A stretch of DNA of 64,000 nucleotides from Bacteroidota bacterium (GCA_005772895.1 SXIH01000067.1:13163-77162); one strand, 5' to 3'; counted from the stretch's first letter, positions 1 through 10,474 are shown. Notes: a model not told the origin generated them from the letters alone. Numbers and translations: made by a program.

Positions 1-2
1 CC

Positions 3-233
3 TTTATTAAACGTGTTATTTTACTTTATATGATTACATTGCCAATTGGTTTGGTGGATGATTTTAAGTGGGTAACTATTCCTATGGTACTTTTTGTATT
101 CTATGCTTTTGCGGGATTAGAACTAATTGCAGAAGAAATTGAAGATCCTTTTGGTCACGAAGACAATGATTTGCCTACAGATGAGATTGCCGAAAAAATC
201 AAGAAGAATTTAAAAGAGATTGTTAAATTTTAA
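3..233 (+). CDS. Bestrophin-family (YneE-like) ion channel, C-terminal part (truncated by window edge)
   Basis: IAEEIEDPFG..DNDLP motif following hydrophobic helices; frame open to the window start. Confidence 0.85.
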   Translation, partial: FIKRVILLYMITLPIGLVDDFKWVTIPMVLFVFYAFAGLELIAEEIEDPFGHEDNDLPTDEIAEKIKKNLKEIVKF

Positions 234-505
234 AGTGTAATCAATCCTTCAATCCCTTCCATTTCTTTGTATTTTTCGATAATGGAGTTGGCATCTAACA
301 TTACTTCTTTTACAGTTATACTGATGTATTTTCCGTTTGCGGATTCTTTTTGAGTAATAGTGGCTTCGTCTGAAAACTTTGATTCTATTAATGCAATCTT
401 TCTGTTATCAGCCAGCACAATAAATTTAAACATATAAATGGTAGGCCAGTCTTTCTCCTTAGCAAGTTGAGCTCTTAGTTTTTCGAATTGTTCATCGGTA
501 TTCAT
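230..505 (-). CDS. DUF493/YbeD-like protein
   Basis: WPTIYMFKFI...S.NGKYISITV...IEGLITL pattern, 91 aa. Confidence 0.85.
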   Translation of the reverse strand: MNTDEQFEKLRAQLAKEKDWPTIYMFKFIVLADNRKIALIESKFSDEATITQKESANGKYISITVKEVMLDANSIIEKYKEMEGIEGLITL

Positions 506-544
506 AGTGTAAAGATAAAGCTAATGTTATAACTTTGTTGAATC

Positions 545-751
545 ATGGAAAAATTTCAACTTACAGAAGAATACATACAACTAAATCAGTTATTAAAAGC
601 AATTGCCTGGTGCTCGAGTGGGGCAGAAGCAAATGAGATGATTGATAAGGGGTTTGTAAAAGTAAACGGAGAAGTAGAATTACGTAAAAGAAATAAAATC
701 AGAAAGGGATTTAAAATTGAATTTAATAATCAAATTGTAATTACCGAATAA
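545..751 (+). CDS. S4-domain RNA-binding protein (YaaA/YbcJ-like)
   Basis: EYIQLNQLLK...SSGAEA...VKVNGEVELRKRNKIRKG. Confidence 0.9.
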   Translation: MEKFQLTEEYIQLNQLLKAIAWCSSGAEANEMIDKGFVKVNGEVELRKRNKIRKGFKIEFNNQIVITE

Positions 752-1183
752 ATGAAAAAAAATATTCTTTCAATTATCATATTGTTTTTTTCTGTTTCTG
801 TTTTTTCTCAGGAAGTGCCTATGGATAGTGTTTCGGCAACCTCTCATATCCTTAAATCCTATGAATTAAAAGGTGATTCTTGGAAAGATTGGAATAAAAT
901 TTATGATGACTGGATGAAAAATGAATACCACAAAATATTGAAAGAAAATAAATTGAAAATGAATTGCAGTGAGTGTGAAAATATTTATTTAGAAGTTATT
1001 TTGAATATTGATTCAACCGGGAAAATGACTTTTTATAAACTGATCAACAGCAAAAAATGTACTGAAAAATTTTCTAAAAAATTAGAAATTCAATTTATGA
1101 AATCGTTTTTTAATATGGAATTTCCTCCTTCGCTAAGAAATATGTTTTTTGAAGCAAGGTTGGGAACGGGATTAAAATGTTGA
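752..1183 (+). CDS. Secreted hypothetical protein with four Cys (weak TonB-C-like pattern)
   Basis: Signal peptide ending VFS-Q; CSEC, KKC and terminal LKC; abuts the S4 gene. Confidence 0.6.
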   Translation: MKKNILSIIILFFSVSVFSQEVPMDSVSATSHILKSYELKGDSWKDWNKIYDDWMKNEYHKILKENKLKMNCSECENIYLEVILNIDSTGKMTFYKLINSKKCTEKFSKKLEIQFMKSFFNMEFPPSLRNMFFEARLGTGLKC

Positions 1184-1184
1184 T

Positions 1185-1547
1185 TTACCCGTGATACACT
1201 TTTGAAGAAATAATCAATCCGTTTTCAATTTCCAACAGTTCAGCCACCAGCATATCTTCCTCATCTTCCACTTTTCGGATATATTCCATAAAAATCCTGT
1301 TTTCATTAGCCGTTAGATTTGTAACTTGATAATGTAAAGAAGGCAATCGTTCAAATGCATCTTTCCACCATGCTCTAAGCGCACCTTTTCCCTTAACAAG
1401 TCCATTTGTTTCAGGCTTTCGGATTTTTAATTTAGGGCTATAATGCTTTGCCTCGTCATGATACAAGGATAATAATTTTTCCAAATCATGGTTGTTAAAG
1501 GCCTCAAACCAGGCTTTTGCAATTATTTCGTTTTTCTGTGCTGACAT
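1185..1547 (-). CDS. SnoaL-like / NTF2-family protein
   Basis: WFEAFNNHDLEKLLSLYHDEA...GKGALRAWW pattern. Confidence 0.85.
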   Translation of the reverse strand: MSAQKNEIIAKAWFEAFNNHDLEKLLSLYHDEAKHYSPKLKIRKPETNGLVKGKGALRAWWKDAFERLPSLHYQVTNLTANENRIFMEYIRKVEDEEDMLVAELLEIENGLIISSKVYHG

Positions 1548-1710
1548 ATGAATTTTGACTCATAAATGTAGCATTTTTTCAAGAAATTGAACCTAAAAAT
1601 TGTTTTTAAACCCTTAATAAAATCAATAGATTTTGCTAATTTTACCACAAAGTGGTTCCCTTGGAACGGATTAAGCATCGGGATGAATAAAAATCAAAAA
1701 AATCATCCTG

Positions 1711-1734
1711 GACCTGCCTGTCGGCAGACAGGTT
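1711..1734. repeat. REP-like palindrome, family A (gacctgcctg...caggtt)
   Basis: Imperfect palindrome related to the copies at 5261 and 43874. Confidence 0.75.
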
Positions 1735-1752
1735 TTCTATTGACTAAACTTT

Positions 1753-2778
1753 ATGACAATTAAAAACGATTTAATATTACGCGCGGCTAGAGGAGAAAAA
1801 GTGGAAAGAACTCCCGTTTGGTTGATGCGTCAAGCAGGAAGAGTATTGCCCGAATACAGAGAAGTAAGAGCTAAAATGGGTGGTTTTAAAGAACTCGTGG
1901 AAACACCTGAATTTGCCTGTGAAGTTACCATTCAACCGATAGACATTTTAGGAGTGGATGCCGCTATTATCTTTTCAGATATTCTTGTTATTCCTGAAGC
2001 AATGGGGCTTCCATACCAAATGATTGAGGCAAAAGGTCCTTGGTTTGAAAAAACAATACAATCTGCAGCTGATGTAGCTCAAGTTCGGGTGGCTCAGGGA
2101 GAAGACTTACATTATGTTTTGGACGCAATAAAACTCACAAAGAAAGAATTAAACGGAAGAGTTCCATTGATTGGTTTTGCTGGTGCTCCATGGACAATTT
2201 TTGCATATATGATTGAAGGAAGCGGAAGTAAAACATTTTCAAAAGCCAAGAAATTCTTATATACTCAGCCCGAAACTGCACATGTATTATTGCAAAAAAT
2301 TACAGACAGCACTATCAACTATTTGAAAGCACAGGTTAATGCTGGAGCTGATATGTTGCAGTTATTTGATAGTTGGGCAGGAGTTTTATCACCCGAACAA
2401 TACAACGAATTTGCATTGAAATACATTGCCCAGATATGTGATGCCATTAAAGATGTGCCTTTTACTGTTTTTGCAAAAGATGCACATTTTGCACGCAAAC
2501 AAATGGGGCAACTGAGCTGCGATACAATTGGTCTGGACTGGACAATGAACATTACTGAATCTCGTTTACTAATCGGTGAAAGCAAAACATTACAAGGCAA
2601 CATGGATCCTTGTTTGTTATATGCTGATTACCCAACCATAAAATCGGAGGCACAAAAAATGTTAAAAGCTTTTGGTCCGCACAGGCACATTGCAAACTTG
2701 GGTCATGGTTTGTATCCCGATTTAGAGAAAGATAAAGTGAAATGTTTTGTAGATACAATTAAAGAATACCGATTTTAA
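1753..2778 (+). CDS. hemE: Uroporphyrinogen decarboxylase
   Basis: [28 protein letters not shown] and NLGHG motifs. Confidence 0.97.
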   Translation: MTIKNDLILRAARGEKVERTPVWLMRQAGRVLPEYREVRAKMGGFKELVETPEFACEVTIQPIDILGVDAAIIFSDILVIPEAMGLPYQMIEAKGPWFEKTIQSAADVAQVRVAQGEDLHYVLDAIKLTKKELNGRVPLIGFAGAPWTIFAYMIEGSGSKTFSKAKKFLYTQPETAHVLLQKITDSTINYLKAQVNAGADMLQLFDSWAGVLSPEQYNEFALKYIAQICDAIKDVPFTVFAKDAHFARKQMGQLSCDTIGLDWTMNITESRLLIGESKTLQGNMDPCLLYADYPTIKSEAQKMLKAFGPHRHIANLGHGLYPDLEKDKVKCFVDTIKEYRF

Positions 2779-2783
2779 TTTGA

Positions 2784-3881
2784 ATGTATAAAAAAACAAA
2801 AAATAGCTACTCCATTTTTTTAAAAACAATTTTGTTTTTGACTGTTTTGTTGTTTTCAGTTTCTGTTTTTTCTCAAGCTAAAAAAGCGAAGAATGTAATT
2901 CCAAATCCAAGTTTCGAAGAACGTAAAAGCAAAGGAACCGATATAAAAGCTGCTATTCCATGGAAAGGTGTTGGAACAGTAGATTATTACATGAAGCCCG
3001 ACAAAAGAGACATTTCTCAATTCAAAGGCGCTCGAACAGGAACGAGTTATGCAGGTTTGAGGTTTCAAGCCGATTATAAAGAATACATGCATGTGAAATT
3101 GCTGGAGACATTGGAAAAAGGAGAAGTGTATGAATTTAAAATGTACATACGAATATTAGAGGCTGAAAATGTAACAGTAACTGTTAAACAACTTGGAGCA
3201 TTTTTTTCTGAATCAGAATTCAAGATTGGGATGGAGTTTAATGAAGAAGGATTAGTTGATACAACATACAACAAAGGAATTTCCGGAACTTTAAATTGGA
3301 TATTGATTCAAGGAGATTATACTGCTAGTGGAAATGAAAAGTATATGATCATTGGGAATTTCAGAACCAAAATGAAGGACGACTTTGTGAAAAAAAACAA
3401 ATGGAGTTTATTCGCCTTTCAGGAAGCCTATTATTATATTGATGATCTTTCACTTTGCAAAAAAAATCCTGAAGACGAAACCCCTAAATATGATAGTGCC
3501 GGTGGTGTTGTTAATTGGTTGCCTCATGCATTTCATGCCGGAAAAACATTTGAAATAAAAAATTTATTTTTCGAAAAGGGAACAGCAAAATTATTGAGCG
3601 AATCAGATAAATCGTTGGATGAGTTGGCAAAGATGTTAATTGAACATCCTTCAACGTCTATTCAGCTTAACGGACATATGGATAAATTTGGTGATGAGGT
3701 GGCAGAAAAACAACTTTCTAAAGAACGGGCGAAAGCTGTTTATGATTATTTAAAGTCGCACGGAGTAACAAATCAAATGATATTTAAAGGCTTGGGTTCA
3801 TCTCAACCGGTTGCTCCTAATGATTCAGAAGAATACAAAGCAAAAAACAGAAGAGTGGAAGTTACAGTATTAAAAGAATAA
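2784..3881 (+). CDS. OmpA-family protein with N-terminal beta-sandwich domain
   Basis: Signal peptide; NPSFEE N-terminal motif; C-terminal LSKERAKAVYDYL...KNRRVEV. Confidence 0.9.
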   Translation: MYKKTKNSYSIFLKTILFLTVLLFSVSVFSQAKKAKNVIPNPSFEERKSKGTDIKAAIPWKGVGTVDYYMKPDKRDISQFKGARTGTSYAGLRFQADYKEYMHVKLLETLEKGEVYEFKMYIRILEAENVTVTVKQLGAFFSESEFKIGMEFNEEGLVDTTYNKGISGTLNWILIQGDYTASGNEKYMIIGNFRTKMKDDFVKKNKWSLFAFQEAYYYIDDLSLCKKNPEDETPKYDSAGGVVNWLPHAFHAGKTFEIKNLFFEKGTAKLLSESDKSLDELAKMLIEHPSTSIQLNGHMDKFGDEVAEKQLSKERAKAVYDYLKSHGVTNQMIFKGLGSSQPVAPNDSEEYKAKNRRVEVTVLKE

Positions 3882-3898
3882 TTTAAAAACATACCCAA

Positions 3899-5236
3899 AT
3901 GACAGAAATCGTAAAAGGGAATAAAAAAATTATCAATGCTTGGGTAACTTATGACCTGGCAAACTCGGTGTATAACTTAGTTATTACTGCAACTATTTTT
4001 CCGATTTATTACATGGCTCAAACGGTCACTAAAGATGATGCGGGAAATATTACTTCAAATATTGTTTCCTTTTTTGGTTTTGAATTCAAAAACACTACGC
4101 TCTACGATTTTGCAATCGCTTTTGCATTTTTAATTGTTGCATTTCTATCGCCATTATTATCCGGTATTGCCGATTATGGTGGGAATAAGAAAAAATTTAT
4201 GCAATTTTTCTGTTATATGGGAGCAATATCTTGTTCGCTCATGTATTTTTTTAATAAAGAAAATCCTTATAGTTTGTATTTAGGAATCTCACTGGCTGTT
4301 TTTGCATGTGTTGGATATGCTGGAAGTCTCGTTTTCTATAATTCATATCTTCCTGAAATTGCACCTAAAGAAATGCAGGATAAAGTTAGTGCGAAAGGTT
4401 TTGCAATGGGCTACATTGGTAGCTCGTTTCTTTTGATTGTAAATTTAATCATGGTATTACATCCTGAGTGGTTTGGTTGGTTTCAGGCAGATGGTGTTAC
4501 TCCCGATAAAGGTTTCGCTACTCGTATCTCTTTTATCATGGTTGGTTTGTGGTGGTTAGGGTTTTCTCAAATCACATTTTATCATTTACCCAAAGTCAAA
4601 AATGTTAAACAAAGAAGTTCTGAAGGTCATTATCTTACTCAAGGCTTTAGAGAATTAAAAAAAGTTTGGAATGAATTAAAGCATAATAAACAATTGACAC
4701 GTTTTTTGCCTGCGTTTTTTATTTACAGTATGGGAGTGCAAACCGTAATGTTAGTTGCAAATCATTTTGGTGCTGATGAAATTAAAATGGAATCTGGACA
4801 ATTGATTACTACAATATTAATTATCCAGTTTGTTGCCATGGCTGGTTCCTTTTTGTTTTCTTTCATTTCCCGTAAAGCAGGAAACTTATTTACTCTTAAA
4901 ATGGCGACATTGCTTTGGTCAACAATATGTTTAGTTACCTTTTTGTTTGTGTATACTCCTGTACATTTTTATGTTGTGGCAGCATTTGTAGGTTTGGTAA
5001 TGGGAGGAATTCAATCATTGTCACGTTCAACCTATTCTAAAATGCTTCCTGAATCTGAAGACAATACCTCTTATTTTAGTTTTTATGATGTTTGTGAAAA
5101 ATTAAGTATAGTTTTCGGAATGGCCACTTTTGGAATAATCAATGAATGCAGTTCAACAATGCGTACTCCGATTGTTGCCCTTGTTTCGTTTTTTGTGATT
5201 GGCTTTTTATTATTGTTTAGAATGAAAAAAATATGA
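3899..5236 (+). CDS. MFS transporter (UMF1/ATG22-like)
   Basis: AWVTYDLANSVY, SPLLSGIADY and QSLSRSTYS motifs; multiple TM helices. Confidence 0.9.
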   Translation: MTEIVKGNKKIINAWVTYDLANSVYNLVITATIFPIYYMAQTVTKDDAGNITSNIVSFFGFEFKNTTLYDFAIAFAFLIVAFLSPLLSGIADYGGNKKKFMQFFCYMGAISCSLMYFFNKENPYSLYLGISLAVFACVGYAGSLVFYNSYLPEIAPKEMQDKVSAKGFAMGYIGSSFLLIVNLIMVLHPEWFGWFQADGVTPDKGFATRISFIMVGLWWLGFSQITFYHLPKVKNVKQRSSEGHYLTQGFRELKKVWNELKHNKQLTRFLPAFFIYSMGVQTVMLVANHFGADEIKMESGQLITTILIIQFVAMAGSFLFSFISRKAGNLFTLKMATLLWSTICLVTFLFVYTPVHFYVVAAFVGLVMGGIQSLSRSTYSKMLPESEDNTSYFSFYDVCEKLSIVFGMATFGIINECSSTMRTPIVALVSFFVIGFLLLFRMKKI

Positions 5237-5260
5237 TGCTCCGAGTGGAGATTGAAAACA

Positions 5261-5285
5261 CAGACCTGCCTGCGGTAGGCAGGTT
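5261..5285. repeat. REP-like palindrome, family A
   Basis: cagacctgcctgcggtaggcaggtt, identical to 43874-43898. Confidence 0.8.
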
Positions 5286-5319
5286 AGTAAATTCGTTTTG
5301 ATTAGTTATTTATAACAGT

Positions 5320-6042
5320 ATGATTGTAGATATTTTTATTCCTTGTTTTATTGACCAGATTTATCCGGATACCGGATTTAATATGGTGAAGATATTAGAA
5401 AAAGTAGGTTGCGGTGTTAATTATAATCCCGAACAAACATGTTGTGGACAACCAGCATTTAACGCAGGTTACTGGGACGATTGTAAAGAAGTAGGTGAAA
5501 AATTTATTCAGGAGTTTCAAAATGACAGGTATATTGTTTGTCCTTCTGCATCTTGTGTTGGGATGATAAAAAATTATTATCCTGAAATGTTTCACAATTC
5601 GGTTTTGCATAATGAATACAAACAAATTCAAAAAAATATTTTTGAGTTTTCCGATTTTATGGTAAACGTTTTAAAGATTACTGATTTAGGTGCAACATTA
5701 AAAGGTGTGGCAACTTATCATGATTCCTGTGCTGCTTTGCGAGAATACGGAATAAAACGCGAACCAAGAGTTTTACTTGAAAAAGTACGAGGATTAGAGT
5801 TAAGAGAAATGAAAGATTCTGAGACCTGTTGCGGATTTGGAGGAAGTTTTTCAGTTAAGTTTGAACCAATTGCAGTTGGAATGGGGGAGCAGAAATTAAC
5901 AAATGCATTGGAAACAGGAGCGGAATATATGATTTCAACTGATGTTTCTTGTTTGATGCATGTTGATGGCTACGCTAAAAAGAATGGAAAAAATATGAAG
6001 ATGATGCATTTATGTGATGTACTTGCATCGGGTTGGGATTAA
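5320..6042 (+). CDS. CCG-domain Fe-S protein (LutA/YkgE-like)
   Basis: QTCCGQPAFNAG, TYHDSC, CCGFGGSFSVK and SCLMH motifs. Confidence 0.9.
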   Translation: MIVDIFIPCFIDQIYPDTGFNMVKILEKVGCGVNYNPEQTCCGQPAFNAGYWDDCKEVGEKFIQEFQNDRYIVCPSASCVGMIKNYYPEMFHNSVLHNEYKQIQKNIFEFSDFMVNVLKITDLGATLKGVATYHDSCAALREYGIKREPRVLLEKVRGLELREMKDSETCCGFGGSFSVKFEPIAVGMGEQKLTNALETGAEYMISTDVSCLMHVDGYAKKNGKNMKMMHLCDVLASGWD

Positions 6043-6058
6043 TAAAATTGACTTTAAA

Positions 6059-7207
6059 ATGATTAAACTGTTAACAATAATTGGTGCTCGACCTCAAATC
6101 ATAAAAGCTGCAGCACTTAGCAGAGTTATTAAAAATAAATTTTCTGATAAAGTCAGAGAAATAATTGTACATACCGGTCAGCATTACGATGATAATATGT
6201 CGCAAATATTTTTTGACGAGTTAGATATTCCTCATCCAAATTATAATTTAAATGCAGGTTCCGGTTCTCATGGGAAACAAACGGCCTTGATGATAGAAGG
6301 AATAGAAGAGATACTTTTGAAAGAAAAACCTAATTGTATAATTTTATACGGTGATACTAATTCAACATTGGCTGGAGCAGTTGCGGCTTCTAAAATCCAA
6401 GTTCCCATAGTTCATATCGAAGCTGGATTACGTTCTTTTAATAAATCTATGCCCGAAGAAATTAACCGAATTATCTGTGATTCTGTTTCAACATTGCTGT
6501 TTTCGCCTACAAAAGCCGGATTTGATAATTTAGTGAAGGAAGGATTCAATAAGAAAACGGTTCCGCCATATTCTTTTGATAATCCCAAAATTTATCATTG
6601 CGGTGATGTGATGTTTGATAATACTTTATTTTTTTCTTCATTAGCAGAACAAAAAAGCACGATTTTAAAAGATAATCATTTAGAGATTGGTAATTATTTA
6701 CTGGTAACCATTCATCGCAATAACAATACCGATGAGCCCAATCGTTTAAATGCTTTGTTTCGGGCAATTAATAAGATTTCTCTCGAAAATAAAATTAAAA
6801 TTATTCTACCTCTTCATCCTAGAACAGCCAAGCTTTTATCCAAAAATCTTTCTTCGGAATTATACAGTACTGTAAAAACAAATGATCTTATAAAAATTGT
6901 TTCTCCTGTTTCTTTTTTAGAAATGATTGCCCTGGAAAAAAATGCATTTTTAGTGATGACAGATTCAGGAGGTGTTCAGAAAGAAGCGTTCTTCTTCAAA
7001 AAACCTTGTATTATTTTGAGATCTGAAACGGAATGGATTGAGTTGGTTAATTCTGGCTCAGCAATAGTTGCAGATGCTAACGAGGTTGAAATCATAAAGG
7101 CATTCGAGAAATTTAAAAAGACTAAAAGATTTAAATTTCCTGTTTTGTTTGGCGATGGAAATGCCGCAGAATTTATTTGTGAAGAAATACTAAAGAATAT
7201 TCATTAG
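6059..7207 (+). CDS. wecB: UDP-N-acetylglucosamine 2-epimerase (non-hydrolysing)
   Basis: GARPQIIK, HTGQHYD, YGDTNSTLAG, HIEAGLRS and TDSGGVQKEA motifs; start moved to ATG 6059. Confidence 0.95.
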   Translation: MIKLLTIIGARPQIIKAAALSRVIKNKFSDKVREIIVHTGQHYDDNMSQIFFDELDIPHPNYNLNAGSGSHGKQTALMIEGIEEILLKEKPNCIILYGDTNSTLAGAVAASKIQVPIVHIEAGLRSFNKSMPEEINRIICDSVSTLLFSPTKAGFDNLVKEGFNKKTVPPYSFDNPKIYHCGDVMFDNTLFFSSLAEQKSTILKDNHLEIGNYLLVTIHRNNNTDEPNRLNALFRAINKISLENKIKIILPLHPRTAKLLSKNLSSELYSTVKTNDLIKIVSPVSFLEMIALEKNAFLVMTDSGGVQKEAFFFKKPCIILRSETEWIELVNSGSAIVADANEVEIIKAFEKFKKTKRFKFPVLFGDGNAAEFICEEILKNIH

Positions 7208-7210
7208 AAG

Positions 7211-8518
7211 ATGCTCCTGATTTATACTCATAAAATTACTCATCGGAATAAGTATGTCTTTAATTTAATATTTAAAGACACACTTGGTATTGATTTTACT
7301 CTGACAGAAGATTTGGATGAGTTTAAGGTTCGCCAGGGTGCTAAACTGAGCTATACTATTAATCCTATATCAGATGAGCTTTTTTTTGCTTCCAGGAATT
7401 TATTATTTGAAACTGGAATAAATGAACAAAATATTTCTGTATTTGATTTGAATGAAAGTAAAGTCTTTTTTGCTACTGGAAAGTCATCAGCTCTCCCTTT
7501 TGATGTTTTTGCTGCAAGTTTTTATTTGGTAAGTCGTTACGAAGAATACTTGCCACATATACGTGATGAACACGACCGCTTTGATGCAAAAGATAGTCTG
7601 GCATTTACCAATGGGTTTTTGCAAAAACCTCTGGTGAATACCTGGGCATTATGGATTAAAGACTTGCTCTTAAATAAGTATCCTCAATTGGTGTTTCCGG
7701 TACAGAACTACCAATTTGTTTCTACAATTGATATTGATAATGCTTATGCTTATCGTGAAAAAGGCTTTACCAGAAGTGTTGGCGGATATTTGAAATCCTT
7801 GTCAAAATTTGATTTCAATGAAATTTCAGAACGTACTCGTGCTTTGCTTGGTTTTGATAAAGATCCTTACGATACATATGAATTTCAATTAGAGATTATT
7901 AAAAAATATAAACTCAAAGCGATCTACTTTTTTCTTTTGGGCGATTATGGTGTCAACGATAAAAATTTGCCAATTGAAAGCAAGCAATTTCAATCGCTTA
8001 TAAAAATGTTGGGCGATTATGCACAAATTGGAATTCATCCTTCTTACGGTTCCAATAAAAGTAAAACTCAATTGAAAAAAGAGGTGGAGCGCCTATCAAA
8101 AGTTTTGCATAGGGAAATTACACAAAGCCGACAACATTTTTTAAAGTTACGACTTCCTGAAACATATCGTAATCTTATCGATTTGGACATTACGGATGAT
8201 TATACGATGGGATTTGCTTCTCAAGTAGGATTTAGGGCTAGCATATGCACTGCATTCAACTTTTATGATTTGGATATGGAGCTGGAAACAAAACTAAAGA
8301 TTCATCCGTTTGCAATGATGGAAGGTACATTAAAGTACAGTATGAAAGTGAATCCGGAAGATGCTATGAATAAAATTAAACCATTGATTGATGAAGTAAA
8401 AAAGGTGGATGGAGTTTTTATGAGCCTTTGGCATAACGATACTTTGAATGATAAAAAAATATGGACAGGCTGGAAAGCTGTTTACGAAAAAATGGTTCAA
8501 TACGCAGCAACTAAATAA
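7211..8518 (+). CDS. Polysaccharide deacetylase-family protein with N-terminal domain
   Basis: STIDID, IGIHPSY, SRQHFL, GFRAS and LWHN motifs. Confidence 0.85.
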   Translation: MLLIYTHKITHRNKYVFNLIFKDTLGIDFTLTEDLDEFKVRQGAKLSYTINPISDELFFASRNLLFETGINEQNISVFDLNESKVFFATGKSSALPFDVFAASFYLVSRYEEYLPHIRDEHDRFDAKDSLAFTNGFLQKPLVNTWALWIKDLLLNKYPQLVFPVQNYQFVSTIDIDNAYAYREKGFTRSVGGYLKSLSKFDFNEISERTRALLGFDKDPYDTYEFQLEIIKKYKLKAIYFFLLGDYGVNDKNLPIESKQFQSLIKMLGDYAQIGIHPSYGSNKSKTQLKKEVERLSKVLHREITQSRQHFLKLRLPETYRNLIDLDITDDYTMGFASQVGFRASICTAFNFYDLDMELETKLKIHPFAMMEGTLKYSMKVNPEDAMNKIKPLIDEVKKVDGVFMSLWHNDTLNDKKIWTGWKAVYEKMVQYAATK

Positions 8519-9417
8519 TGCTTAAAAAAATTGCTTTAAAATATGCTCCCAAATTTGTTCTTGAATGGGCAAAACAGTTGAAAAAAAATCAGCGGAGAAA
8601 AGAATTGGAGCATCAGAAGCAAAAAGGTGGAATTGCAAAACAAAAACTAATTGATGATTTCATAAAAATCGGAATCAAAAAAAATGATTCAGTTTTAGTT
8701 CATAGCAGTCTTAGTAAAATTGGTTTTGTGGAAGGCGGTCCGAAAACAATTGTGGATGCATTGTGGGAAGTTGTTGGTAATGATGGAACTTTGCTTTTCC
8801 CGAGTTTTCCTGCAATAGGAAGAAATAAAACACATTTAGAAGAACATCCTTTATTTGATATAAAAAATACACCCTCGCAAATGGGAAGTATTACAGAATA
8901 TTTTAGAAAGTTGGAAGGATGCAAAAGAAGTTTTCATCCAACAGATGCTGTTTGTGCAATTGGACCTTTGGCCGACTATTATACAAATTCACACTTCGGA
9001 CAGTTGACTCCTTACAATGAACATTCGCCTTTCAGAAAGTTATGTAGTAAGAATGGGAAAATATTAATGTTAGGCACAACTTTAAACGGAGCTTGTACGA
9101 ATCTTCATACACTTGAGGATGCAGTTGATTTTAAATTTCCGATTTACGATTCTAAAGTGTTTGAAGTAAAAATGATTGATGCTGATGGAAAAGAATCCAT
9201 GATGAAAACAAAAGTTCACAATCCCGATTATTCTGCCAAAAGAAATTGCGATGCTTTAAAGCCAATGTTTGAAAATGAAGGAGTATTGATAAATGGAATG
9301 ATTGGCGAAGCAAAATCAATGTTGATAGATGCGAATAAGATGTTGGAAGTGATGATTAAGAATTATAAGAAAAGAGGAGTTACGATGTACACTCCCTTAG
9401 GAGAAAAAGTTGATTAA
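8518..9417 (+). CDS. AAC(3)-family N-acyltransferase
   Basis: VLVHSSLSKIG, MGSITEYFR, RSFHPT and NLHTLE motifs; TAATG overlap with upstream gene. Confidence 0.9.
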   Translation: MLKKIALKYAPKFVLEWAKQLKKNQRRKELEHQKQKGGIAKQKLIDDFIKIGIKKNDSVLVHSSLSKIGFVEGGPKTIVDALWEVVGNDGTLLFPSFPAIGRNKTHLEEHPLFDIKNTPSQMGSITEYFRKLEGCKRSFHPTDAVCAIGPLADYYTNSHFGQLTPYNEHSPFRKLCSKNGKILMLGTTLNGACTNLHTLEDAVDFKFPIYDSKVFEVKMIDADGKESMMKTKVHNPDYSAKRNCDALKPMFENEGVLINGMIGEAKSMLIDANKMLEVMIKNYKKRGVTMYTPLGEKVD

Positions 9418-9444
9418 GTTATTAGGAAATTTAGGCAAAGCCTC

Positions 9445-9480
9445 AATTAACCTAATTAACCTAATTAACCCAATTAACTA
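9445..9480 (+). repeat. 9-bp tandem repeat (aattaacct) x4
   Basis: aattaacct aattaacct aattaaccc aattaacta, directly before the ATG at 9484. Confidence 0.85.
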
Positions 9481-9483
9481 AAA

Positions 9484-10473
9484 ATGAATATATACCTGAC
9501 ACTCGACTATGAAATTTACTTTGGTGAAAACCATGGTACAGTTGAGAAATGCATTATTTATCCTACTTCTGAGCTTATCCGGATAGCAGAAAAACATAAT
9601 GTGAGATTCTGTTTTTTTGTTGACTGCGGGTTTATTTTAAAGTTGGATGAATTCAGAAAAAAATTTCCGGTCTTGGAAAACGATTACAAAGCCATCACTG
9701 AGCAAGTAAAATATTTATCAGATACCGGACACGATATTCAATTACACATTCATCCGCATTGGGAAGATAGTTATTATGATGGTAATCGATGGATCATTGA
9801 TGTGAAAAGATACAAATTGACAGATTTTAATGTGAATGACATAGCGGATATTGTTAAGCGGTATAAAAAAGTACTTACAGATATTACAAATAAAACTGTG
9901 TTTGCTTATAGAGCAGGAGGCTGGTGTTTGCAACCATTTAGTAAACTCAAAAAAGCTTTTCTTTATAATAACATTACTCTTGATTCCAGTGTTTTTAGAG
10001 ATGGCTATTTCTCTACTGAGCAGTATGCTTATGATTTTAGAAATGCTCCTGATAAAGATATTTACAAGTTTGAAGATGATGTAGTGGTTGAAAATAAAAA
10101 TGGATTTTTTACTGAACTTCCAATAAGTCCAATTAAAAATTCACCATTGTTTTTTTGGACATTGTTTTTACTAGGAAGAAGAAATCCATACTTGCATAAA
10201 CCATTAGGTGATGGAAGAGCAATGGCAGCGCCAGGATACAGAAAGAAGTTGCTGACAAAATTTACAAATAATCCTGTTTCTGTTGATGGTTACAATTCAC
10301 ATCTTTTGCAAACTGCTTTGGGTATTTTGCAAAAAAAGAAACGTGAGCATATGGTGATAATCGGACACCCAAAAGCACTTTCACGTTATTCTATTCAAAA
10401 GATAGAAGAGTTTGTGCAAAACAATAAAGAGAAAAATAATTTTACCACGTTTACAAAAATGTTCGGTTCGTAG
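9484..10473 (+). CDS. Polysaccharide deacetylase-like protein
   Basis: LTLDYE, GHDIQLHIHPHW, YRAGGW, DSS and IGHPK motifs. Confidence 0.85.
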   Translation: MNIYLTLDYEIYFGENHGTVEKCIIYPTSELIRIAEKHNVRFCFFVDCGFILKLDEFRKKFPVLENDYKAITEQVKYLSDTGHDIQLHIHPHWEDSYYDGNRWIIDVKRYKLTDFNVNDIADIVKRYKKVLTDITNKTVFAYRAGGWCLQPFSKLKKAFLYNNITLDSSVFRDGYFSTEQYAYDFRNAPDKDIYKFEDDVVVENKNGFFTELPISPIKNSPLFFWTLFLLGRRNPYLHKPLGDGRAMAAPGYRKKLLTKFTNNPVSVDGYNSHLLQTALGILQKKKREHMVIIGHPKALSRYSIQKIEEFVQNNKEKNNFTTFTKMFGS

Positions 10474-10474
10474 T

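Noticed and set aside
1560..1752. Riboswitch upstream of hemE
   Set aside because: Only a short ggatga/tcatcc stem and a REP palindrome are visible; no aptamer consensus was recognised.
8518..9417. Acquired aminoglycoside resistance gene
   Set aside because: Embedded and translationally coupled in a glycan-modification operon, with no mobile context.
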